DNA from: Bacteroidales bacterium
GTDB taxonomy: Bacteria > Bacteroidota > Bacteroidia > Bacteroidales > JBDKHP01
DNA: 32,000 nucleotides
Assembly (NCBI GenBank): GCA_965230435.1
Contig: CBDDLB010000006.1
Location: 1,628,742 to 1,660,741, forward strand
Reading direction: 5' to 3'
A program made the position numbers and the translations under genes. The notes beneath the pieces are model-generated. The model worked only from the letters and a program-made list of their open reading frames with translations. It had not been told where the DNA came from and did no database searches. Positions 19,444 through 26,276 of the stretch are shown in pieces (the stretch's first letter is position 1; the number at the start of each line of letters is the position of its first letter).

Positions 19444-19491
19444 AGATGAATAATTGTTGAGTTTATTTTCACACTTTACCAAGTCAAGAAA

Positions 19492-20022
19492 ATGGAAAAA
19501 GAATATACGTTAACCATATATACCGAGAATTATACGGGATTATTGAACCGTATCACAATTATCTTTACACGTAGAAAACTTAATATACTCAGTATTGCAG
19601 CTTCTGTTTCTGAGGTTCCTGAGATCTACCGCTATACTGTAACTGTGAAAACCACAGCAGACCAGGTAGAAAAGGTAATGAACCAAATTGAAAAAACAGT
19701 TGGTGTAATAAAAGCATTTGCGAACCTCCCAGAAGACATCGTTTACCAAGAAATCGCTCTATACAAAGTACCGACATCAATTTTTGCGAACAGCGATAAT
19801 GTTGAGCGAATGGTACGCCAACATAATGCCCGTATCCTGAATATTGAAAAGGACTATATTGTGATCGAAAAAACAGGGCATCAGGACGAAACTAAAGCGT
19901 TGTACAACGCTCTTGAGCCTTTTGGAATTCTTGGTTTTGTTCGCTCTGGCCGTGTAGCACTGATGAAAGATATGCGTGAGATTCATGATTATATTAAAGA
20001 GATTGAGGAAGCGCACCATTAG
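19492..20022 (+). CDS. ilvN: acetolactate synthase small (regulatory) subunit, copy 1
   Basis: 176 aa. ACT-domain N-terminus YTLTIYTENYTGLLNRITIIFTRRKLNI and an ALS_ss_C-like C-terminal half. Confidence 0.92.
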   Translation: MEKEYTLTIYTENYTGLLNRITIIFTRRKLNILSIAASVSEVPEIYRYTVTVKTTADQVEKVMNQIEKTVGVIKAFANLPEDIVYQEIALYKVPTSIFANSDNVERMVRQHNARILNIEKDYIVIEKTGHQDETKALYNALEPFGILGFVRSGRVALMKDMREIHDYIKEIEEAHH

Positions 20023-20236
20023 TGAATTAAGTAGGTTGACAATAATTGAATGACTGAATAAAAGAATAATTGAATAACCTTTTATCTATAAATCAGTTAA
20101 TCATTACTTTTAACAAAGTAAAATTAATTATGCCCCTACTTATCAAGTATTAAATTAACTGGCGTTTACGCTATTTTGTGTTAGCCTATTGATTGATACT
20201 TCGATTTAACGATAGTTGGTGCGCTGTATAAACGGT

Positions 20237-20269
20237 AAACCTCCAAGGTTTCAAAAACCTTGGAGGTTT
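20237..20269 (+). repeat. perfect palindromic hairpin (15-nt arms)
   Basis: AAACCTCCAAGGTTT-caa-AAACCTTGGAGGTTT. No following T tract. It shares the GGTTTYRAAAACC centre with the hairpin at 22782-22814. Confidence 0.8.
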
Positions 20270-20395
20270 GATAATCAACAAAACTCCGCAAAAAATCATA
20301 ATTGAACACCCAAAAACTCACCCAACTATTGCTCTTATACGAATAGAATATTTACCAAGGAACAGGAAGCAACAACAGAAAGAAAAATAAAGCAC

Positions 20396-22123
20396 ATGAA
20401 GGTAACGATGCAAAACATAACAGGTGCCGAAGCCATTTTTCAGGCTTTGATGGCCGAAGGGGTCGATACAATTTTCGGCTACCCAGGCGGTGCCAACCTG
20501 CCGATCTACGATTCGTTCTATAACTATCGCGACAAAGTAAAGCACGTTCTTGTCCGCCACGAACAGGGTGCTGTACATGCGGCTCAAGGATACGCGAGGG
20601 TTTCACAGAAGGTGGGTGTCAGCCTCGTTACTTCTGGCCCTGGAGCTACCAACCTAATCACTGGGATTGCGGATGCAATGCTCGACAATACTCCATTGGT
20701 ATGCATTACAGGTCAGGTTCCTGGTCCTTTTCTGGGTTACGATGCTTTTCAGGAAACTGATGTTGTTGGTATTTCTATGCCTGTTACAAAGTGGAATTAT
20801 CAGATTACCAAAGCTGATGAAATAGCTGAGAATATTGCAAAGGCATTTTATATTGCCAAATCTGGCCGCCCAGGGCCTGTACTTCTGGACATTACTAAGG
20901 ATGCACAAAACGAGATTATTCGTCAGTTCAATTATGAGCCATGTAAGAAAATCCGGAGCTATCACCCCTACCCTAAGCCTAACCTTGAAGCTGTAGAAGA
21001 AGCTGTTCATTTGCTTGATACGGCTAAAAAACCGTTGATGATCATTGGACAAGGTGTATTGCTTTCTGGTGCTCAGCAGGAAGTTCTTGAACTGGCAGAA
21101 AAAGCACAGCTACCTGTTGCTTGCACTATGCAAGGTCTTTCGGCCTTTCCGTCTGAACACCCTCTTTTCCAAGGTATGGTTGGTTTGCATGGTAATGTTG
21201 CGCCGAACAAAATGACGAACGAATGCGATGTGCTTTTGGCTGTGGGAATGCGATTCGATGACCGTGTGACGGGTACGTTGGATAAATACGCGAAACAAGC
21301 TAAAGTAATCCACATTGAAATAGATCCTGCTGAGATTGACAAAAATGTAAAGGCTGCTGTAGCCATAAATTCGGACGCTAAGGTTGCTCTTCGGGTAATT
21401 AACAAGAAGATTCAGGCAAATATGCATGCTAAATGGCTTGAGTCTGCGAAGGAATATCTAGCGATTGAAAAAGAGAAGGTTTTTAGTAATGATCTTCATC
21501 GGAAGAATGGCCAGTTGACGATGAGTGAGACTGTTGCTGCTCTTTCTAAAGTTACCAACGGCAAGGCTGTAACGGTAACCGATGTTGGTCAGCACCAAAT
21601 GGCTGCTGCACGCTATTATTCGTATGCCGATACGGATAGCTGGGTTTCGTCTGGCGGACTTGGTACTATGGGCTTTGCGCTTCCTGCTGCTATTGGAGCT
21701 GCTCTGTATAGTAAAGACAGGCCTGTTGTGGCACTTGTTGGTGATGGAGGTTTCCAAATGACGATGGAAGAACTTGGCGTAATGATGCAGTATGATATTC
21801 CTGTAAAAGTTGTTGTACTTAATAACAACTATCTTGGAATGATCCGTCAGTTGCATGATGTTTACTTTGATAGCCGTGACTTTTTTGGGGAATTGAAAAA
21901 CCCTGATTTCTGTAAGATTGCTGATGCTTTTAATGTTCCTGCTAAGCGTGTTAGTGAACGTTCGGAACTTGCTGGTGCTCTTCAGGAAATGATCGACCAT
22001 AAAGGACCTTATTTCTTGGAAGTGATGGTGGAAAAGATCAATCACGTTTTCCCGATGATACCTAGCGGGGCTGCTGTTAGTGATATGTTGTTGGAGGAAC
22101 CTAAGAGAACGGAAACGGCTTAA
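20396..22123 (+). CDS. ilvB: acetolactate synthase (AHAS) large subunit, copy 2 (diverged paralog)
   Basis: 575 aa, collinear with copy 1 and sharing the same ThDP motifs. By eye it is identical at only roughly half to 60 percent of positions. The RQWQ motif reads [11 protein letters not shown], with a Leu codon at 21851-21853. The start could instead be the ATG at 20408. Confidence 0.93.
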   Translation: MKVTMQNITGAEAIFQALMAEGVDTIFGYPGGANLPIYDSFYNYRDKVKHVLVRHEQGAVHAAQGYARVSQKVGVSLVTSGPGATNLITGIADAMLDNTPLVCITGQVPGPFLGYDAFQETDVVGISMPVTKWNYQITKADEIAENIAKAFYIAKSGRPGPVLLDITKDAQNEIIRQFNYEPCKKIRSYHPYPKPNLEAVEEAVHLLDTAKKPLMIIGQGVLLSGAQQEVLELAEKAQLPVACTMQGLSAFPSEHPLFQGMVGLHGNVAPNKMTNECDVLLAVGMRFDDRVTGTLDKYAKQAKVIHIEIDPAEIDKNVKAAVAINSDAKVALRVINKKIQANMHAKWLESAKEYLAIEKEKVFSNDLHRKNGQLTMSETVAALSKVTNGKAVTVTDVGQHQMAAARYYSYADTDSWVSSGGLGTMGFALPAAIGAALYSKDRPVVALVGDGGFQMTMEELGVMMQYDIPVKVVVLNNNYLGMIRQLHDVYFDSRDFFGELKNPDFCKIADAFNVPAKRVSERSELAGALQEMIDHKGPYFLEVMVEKINHVFPMIPSGAAVSDMLLEEPKRTETA

Positions 22124-22127
22124 TTCT

Positions 22128-22154
22128 AATTATGAATTATTAATTGGCTGACGC
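22128..22154 (+). repeat. intergenic repeat copy B (27-nt conserved head)
   Basis: AATTATGAATTATTAATTGGCTGACGC begins 5 nt after the ilvB copy 2 stop codon. Confidence 0.7.
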
Positions 22155-22222
22155 GTGATGATGAGTGCTTGGCCGAAGAGTCATAATTTTTTTCTTCACT
22201 GGCTTCAAAAAAAGTAGACATT

Positions 22223-22774
22223 ATGAAAAGGAAATACACTTTATTAATATATACGGAAAACCACATTGGACTTCTGAACCGAATTTCGATTATTTTCACA
22301 AGACGGAAAGTTAATATTGAGAGTTTGACGACTTCGCCATCGCGACACGACAACCTTCACACTTTTGTGATTGTGGTGAACACGACACGCGAAAAGGCTG
22401 AACACCTTCGTAAAAATATTGAAAAACTTGTGGAAGTAGCTAAGGCTTTCTTGTACGAGGAGAATGATATTCTTGCTCAGGAAGTGGCTTTGTACAAGGT
22501 TTCTACTAATAATATCTTACACAACAATACTATTGAGGAACTGATCCGCAATAGTAATGCGAGGATTCTGGATATTGAGAAGGATTATATTGTGATTGAA
22601 AAAACTGGTAATCAGCTTGAAACCCAAGAGTTTCTTGATAAGCTTGCGCCTTTTGATGTGCATGAGTTTATCCGCTCTGGCCGTGTGATTATTACTAAAC
22701 CTATGAAGCGCCTTACTGACCATTTGAAGGATATGGAGGACGAGGGGGCTTGTCAGAAGGAGTTTGTGGATTAA
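22223..22774 (+). CDS. ilvN: acetolactate synthase small (regulatory) subunit, copy 2
   Basis: 183 aa. YTLLIYTENHIGLLNRISIIFTRRKVNI and ARILDIEKDYIVIEKTG are shared with copy 1. Otherwise the two are diverged. Confidence 0.9.
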   Translation: MKRKYTLLIYTENHIGLLNRISIIFTRRKVNIESLTTSPSRHDNLHTFVIVVNTTREKAEHLRKNIEKLVEVAKAFLYEENDILAQEVALYKVSTNNILHNNTIEELIRNSNARILDIEKDYIVIEKTGNQLETQEFLDKLAPFDVHEFIRSGRVIITKPMKRLTDHLKDMEDEGACQKEFVD

Positions 22775-22781
22775 TTTTTTT

Positions 22782-22814
22782 AGACCCGACGGGTTTTGAA
22801 AACCCGTCGGGTCT
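22782..22814 (+). terminator. long perfect hairpin after ilvN copy 2 (possible terminator or RNA-stability element)
   Basis: AGACCCGACGGGTT-ttgaa-AACCCGTCGGGTCT (14 bp). It is preceded by T7 and followed only by TTTGG, so the U tract is weak. Confidence 0.5.
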
Positions 22815-22845
22815 TTGGCTGCCTTGGTGTGAGATGCCGTTTTAA

Positions 22846-23020
22846 AATTAGCCGCGATTGTAGCGGAAAGCCCGCAGCTACGGGGGCTAGTGGAACACGG
22901 TGTGGCGGCTATGCAGCGTGAGCGGAATAGACCGCCACGCCGATGTGGAACAGCCGCCGTGGCGAGGACTTGGAGTGGAAAGCGCGACTGGGCTGTGGTA
23001 AGAGGAGGCGTTCTGCTCCT
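22846..23020 (+). other. GC-rich, multi-helix intergenic element (candidate structured RNA or cis-regulatory leader of ilvA)
   Basis: The element is far more GC-rich than its surroundings. It carries five RGYGGAA motifs every 23-32 nt and several strong, partly mutually exclusive complementarities. Examples are CGGTGTGGCGG 22898-22908 with CCGCCACGCCG 22932-22942, and TAGCCGC 22849-22855 with GCGGCTA 22905-22911. Confidence 0.3.
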
Positions 23021-23050
23021 AAAAAAATATAACTTGATTTAACGAAACTG

Positions 23051-23086
23051 AAGCCTTATCCTGACTAAGGGGATTGGGCTTTTTTT
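23051..23086 (+). terminator. terminator-like hairpin 39 nt upstream of ilvA
   Basis: AAGCCTTATCC-tgactaagg-GGATTGGGCTT (11 positions, one mismatch, one G-U pair) followed by T7. Confidence 0.55.
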
Positions 23087-23124
23087 GACAAATTTTACAA
23101 CATCAGACTACGAAAATAGATACT

Positions 23125-24411
23125 ATGCAGAAGGAAGTTTTGAAAAAGGAAGAGGGAAAGAGCGATGTGAAACCGTCTTTGCAGAAAGTGCTGGAAGCGA
23201 ACAGGAAATTGCGATCGATTATTAATGTGACGCCGCTGTCGCAAAGTATGGTGATGTCGGAGCGTTATCAGGCGAATATTATGCTGAAGCGGGAGGATTT
23301 GCAGGTGGTGCGGTCGTACAAAATCAGGGGTGCATACAACAAGATATCGAGCTTGAGCCAGAGTGAGCGTGATGCTGGTGTTGTTGCGGCGAGTGCCGGG
23401 AATCATGCTCAGGGGGTTGCTTTTTCGTGCAACAAATTGCAGATTAAAGGGAAGATTTTTATGCCTGCCACAACGCCTTTGCAGAAGGTGAACCAAGTGA
23501 AGATGTTCGGTAAGGATATGGTGGAGATTGTGCTGGTGGGCGATACTTATGATGATGCTCATGCGGCTGCGAAGATCAGTTGTGAGCAGGATAATGCTTC
23601 GTTTATTCATCCGTTTGATGATGCGAAAGTTATTGAGGGACAGGCTACTGTTGGGTTTGAGATTTTGGATACGTGTGAGCAGGATATTGATTATCTGTTT
23701 TTACCGATCGGCGGTGGTGGACTGGCTGCTGGGGTGGCTTCGTATTTTAAGCAGATTTCGCCAAAAACGAAGATTATCGGTGTGGAACCTGAGGGTGCTC
23801 CTGCTATGAAGGATTCTTTTGCAGCGGGGAAAGTTGTGACCTTGCCCGAGATTAATAAATTTGTGGATGGAGCGGCTGTTCAGCGCGTTGGCGACCTTCC
23901 GTTTGAGATTTGCAAGGATGTGGTGGATGACATTGTGCTTGTGCCTGAGGGGAAAATCTGCTCTACGATCTTGAAGCTTTATAATGAAGAGGCGATTGTG
24001 GTTGAGCCTGCTGGGGCGTTGTCGATCAGCGTTTTGGATTTCTTTAAGGAGGAGATTAAGGGTAAGAATGTGGTTTGCATTGTGAGCGGATCGAATAACG
24101 ACATTACGCGGACGGAAGAGATTAAGGAACGGTCGATGTTGTATGAGCAGCTGAAGCATTATTTCTTGGTGCGTTTTCCTCAGCGTGCCGGGGCTTTGCG
24201 CGAATTCCTGATTGATGTGCTGGGGCCTACTGATGATATCACGCATTTTGAATATAGAAAGAAAAATAGTCGGGAACGTGGGCCTGCGCTTATCGGAATC
24301 GTACTGAAACAGAAGGAGGATTTTGATGGTTTGATTTCCCGAATGGACAAGAAGGGATTTCAGTATCAGTACCTTAATAATAAGTCTGACCTTTTGCAGT
24401 ACATTGTATAA
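23125..24411 (+). CDS. ilvA: threonine ammonia-lyase (biosynthetic threonine dehydratase, single regulatory domain form)
   Basis: 428 aa. PLP-lysine motif SYKIRGAYNK, glycine loop LPIGGGGLAAG and a C-terminal ACT-like regulatory domain. Confidence 0.93.
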   Translation: MQKEVLKKEEGKSDVKPSLQKVLEANRKLRSIINVTPLSQSMVMSERYQANIMLKREDLQVVRSYKIRGAYNKISSLSQSERDAGVVAASAGNHAQGVAFSCNKLQIKGKIFMPATTPLQKVNQVKMFGKDMVEIVLVGDTYDDAHAAAKISCEQDNASFIHPFDDAKVIEGQATVGFEILDTCEQDIDYLFLPIGGGGLAAGVASYFKQISPKTKIIGVEPEGAPAMKDSFAAGKVVTLPEINKFVDGAAVQRVGDLPFEICKDVVDDIVLVPEGKICSTILKLYNEEAIVVEPAGALSISVLDFFKEEIKGKNVVCIVSGSNNDITRTEEIKERSMLYEQLKHYFLVRFPQRAGALREFLIDVLGPTDDITHFEYRKKNSRERGPALIGIVLKQKEDFDGLISRMDKKGFQYQYLNNKSDLLQYIV

Positions 24412-24439
24412 TCTTAGGAATTATTTATTGGTTTGGGAG

Positions 24440-25168
24440 ATGCAGTATTATATAGGTGCATATCATTTAATCAGGTTGAGAGAAGTTGAATTTGGTAGGA
24501 TTAAAGGGACTAAAATATATACTTGCAGCTCGTGTATCAATGACCGCTATTTTGATTCGTGGTCTCTTTCGTGGACTGTTGATGGAAAAAGTGATTTGAC
24601 GGAACAGAAAGAGGTTTTTGGATTAACTGATGAATTGATAACCAATATTCAGAAATGGGCAGATTATAAGTTTGACCAAAAGAAGGTTGGATGGCTTAAT
24701 ACATTTACTGATTTTGAGACCTTATTGGAATACAAAAATCAATTTTTCCCAAATGACAGAGACTGCTTGATACTGAGTGTAAATTTTCCTGATTCAGAGT
24801 GTGAAAAATTATTGGCCGAATTCGAACAGGAAGCTAAGCAAGATGGTTCTATTGGCTTATGGGACAACTTGAATGAAAGAACTCCAGAAAGAACTGATGA
24901 ATCTGAACAGTTTATTGGGTATGATTTAATTGGTTTAGAATCGGGGGATAATTTTCACACATTTCATTGTCATGACGTTGCGGAAGATTTGAACGGAAAG
25001 TTTAAAGCCGAGATTAATGAGTATGGCCTTTTGAATTCTGATGACAAATGGATAGAAATGGTTGAATACATGAATGATGTCAACAACGGATTCAAACCTG
25101 TGCCATGGTATTTTGTGAAGGTGAAATTAGTTGATGAAAACAAAGCAGCTAAAAACATAATGTCTTAG
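24440..25168 (+). CDS. hypothetical protein (acidic, cytoplasmic, no family recognised)
   Basis: The track ORF 24404..25168 overlaps the ilvA stop, so the ATG at 24440 (MQYYIGAYHLIRL...) is preferred. No signal peptide or TM segment. Codon usage is A/T-ending, unlike both neighbours. Confidence 0.6.
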   Translation: MQYYIGAYHLIRLREVEFGRIKGTKIYTCSSCINDRYFDSWSLSWTVDGKSDLTEQKEVFGLTDELITNIQKWADYKFDQKKVGWLNTFTDFETLLEYKNQFFPNDRDCLILSVNFPDSECEKLLAEFEQEAKQDGSIGLWDNLNERTPERTDESEQFIGYDLIGLESGDNFHTFHCHDVAEDLNGKFKAEINEYGLLNSDDKWIEMVEYMNDVNNGFKPVPWYFVKVKLVDENKAAKNIMS

Positions 25169-25203
25169 GCTTGCTAATGTTAAAATTGAACGCGAATACA
25201 TTA

Positions 25204-25245
25204 TTGGATGTCGAAACCCCAAATTGCAGCATTTGAAGCATCCAA
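25204..25245 (+). other. hairpin in the hypothetical-purU spacer
   Basis: TTGGATG (25204-25210) pairs with CATCCAA (25239-25245), with a 28-nt loop. Confidence 0.4.
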
Positions 25246-25263
25246 AACTCTATATCTGAACTG

Positions 25264-25310
25264 TTATGAATTATGAATTGGTTTGCGCGAGAGTTGGCAA
25301 GCCAATTTTT
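25264..25310 (+). repeat. intergenic repeat copy C with terminator hairpin
   Basis: TTATGAATTATGAATTGGTTTGCGCG matches copy B (22130-22155) at 22 of 26 positions. AATTGGTTTGC (25276-25286) pairs with GCAAGCCAATT (25297-25307; 11 bp, one G-U pair), followed by a T run. Confidence 0.65.
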
Positions 25311-25322
25311 GATACGATTTTA

Positions 25323-25366
25323 TTGATAGGCTTGCCTTTTGATTCTGAAAATAGCAAGCCTATCAA
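25323..25366 (+). repeat. perfect 13-bp hairpin
   Basis: TTGATAGGCTTGC pairs with GCAAGCCTATCAA across an 18-nt loop. It shares the GCAAGCC core with the preceding hairpin. Confidence 0.75.
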
Positions 25367-25380
25367 GTTTCGTGAAGTGT

Positions 25381-25412
25381 AATTCATAACTCATAATTTA
25401 TAATTCATAATT
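25381..25412 (-). repeat. two inverted copies of the AT-rich repeat head
   Basis: AATTCATAACTCATAATTTATAATTCATAATTC is the reverse complement of AATTATGAATTAT and AATTATGAGTTAT heads. It forms an inverted repeat with 25266-25280. Confidence 0.6.
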
Positions 25413-25421
25413 CTAAAACCC

Positions 25422-26276
25422 GTGGATACAGCGATACTTTTGATACACTGTCCTGACCAGACAGGAATTATCTCGAACGTGAGTGAGTTTCTTTATTTTC
25501 ATAATGGGAATGTTATTGATATTGACCAGCATGTTGATAAGGAACAGAATCATTTTTTTATGCGTGTGGAGTGGGAGCTTGAGGGATTTAATATTCCGAA
25601 AGAAAACATTCTGAACGTTTTCCTGAATACTATCGGTAATAAGTTTCAGATGACGTGCCGTTTGCGCTTTTCGGCTCAGAAGCCGCGTATGGCGCTTTTT
25701 GTGTCGAAACAGCAACATGCCTTTCATGATATTTTGGCGCGTTGGTATTCTGGCGAATGGAATGTTGAAATTCCGCTGATTATCAGTAATCATCCTGATG
25801 CGCGGCCTATTGCTGAGAAATTTGGGATTGACTATTATGAAATGTCGATCACGAAAGATAATAAGAAGGCGCAGGAAGAGAAGGAGCTTAAGCTTTTGAG
25901 TGAGCATCAGATTGATTTTGTTGTACTGGCGCGTTACATGCAGGTGCTTAGTGATAATTTTATTGATCATTATCCTAACAAGGTTATCAATATTCACCAC
26001 TCGTTTTTGCCTGCCTTCCCTGGTGCCAAACCTTATCACTCGGCGTATAAACGTGGTGTAAAACTGGTTGGTGCTACGGCGCATTATGTTACCGAGGATC
26101 TTGACGAAGGCCCTATTATTTCGCAGGATGTGGAGCACATTACGCACCGCGATAGTATTGAAGACCTTGTTCGCAAAGGGCGTGATATTGAGAAAAGGGT
26201 GCTTTCGCGGGCTATCTGGCTTCAGTTGCAGCATAAGATTTTGCCTTTTAATAATCGGACTATTATCTTTGATTAG
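25422..26276 (+). CDS. purU: formyltetrahydrofolate deformylase
   Basis: 284 aa with a GTG start. N-terminal ACT domain (ILLIHCPDQTGIISNVSEFL) and a formyltransferase core (NIHHSFLPAFPGAKPYHSAY, GATAHYVTEDLDEGPII). Confidence 0.93.
   Translation: MDTAILLIHCPDQTGIISNVSEFLYFHNGNVIDIDQHVDKEQNHFFMRVEWELEGFNIPKENILNVFLNTIGNKFQMTCRLRFSAQKPRMALFVSKQQHAFHDILARWYSGEWNVEIPLIISNHPDARPIAEKFGIDYYEMSITKDNKKAQEEKELKLLSEHQIDFVVLARYMQVLSDNFIDHYPNKVINIHHSFLPAFPGAKPYHSAYKRGVKLVGATAHYVTEDLDEGPIISQDVEHITHRDSIEDLVRKGRDIEKRVLSRAIWLQLQHKILPFNNRTIIFD

Noticed and set aside
22860-22885. GCGGAAAGCCCGCAG resembles the GAGGAAAGUCCGGGC box of RNase P RNA. The region was also checked mentally against SRP and tmRNA.
   Set aside because: The resemblance covers only a few nucleotides. 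The element is too short and lacks the other universally conserved segments of those RNAs.
22862-22980. Periodic GGAA-containing motifs that superficially resemble a short repeat-spacer array (CRISPR-like).
   Set aside because: The repeat units are only about 7-10 nt and degenerate. The spacing is irregular and too short (23-32 nt). No cas genes are present.
22911-23042. A 43-codon ORF inside the GC-rich island (MQRERNRPPRRCGTAAVARTWSGKRDWAVVRGGVLLLKKYNLI) ending 9 nt before the ilvA-proximal terminator. It was considered as a leader peptide.
   Set aside because: Its Arg/Gly/Ala-rich sequence is what a GC-rich non-coding segment gives in any frame. The regulatory-type codons are few and scattered. 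I found no antiterminator complementary to the terminator arm.
23095-24246. Two long minus-strand ORFs (23095-23610 and 23701-24246) antisense to ilvA, plus similar ones antisense to ilvB2, ilvD and ilvB1.
   Set aside because: They are shadow ORFs of well-supported sense genes. Their composition is typical of antisense translation (H/R/L/N rich), and they have no independent signals.
25266-25382. A 38-codon ORF (MNYELVCARVGKPIFDT...) across the hairpin-rich spacer upstream of purU.
   Set aside because: The frame runs through two palindromic hairpins and an inverted repeat, so it is most simply explained as repeat DNA that happens to be open.
25169-25421. A possible known riboswitch (ZTP/pfl or THF class) upstream of purU.
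   Set aside because: I could not find the conserved cores that I remember for these classes, for example the CCGCCUGG-type segment of ZTP. An Rfam scan would be decisive.
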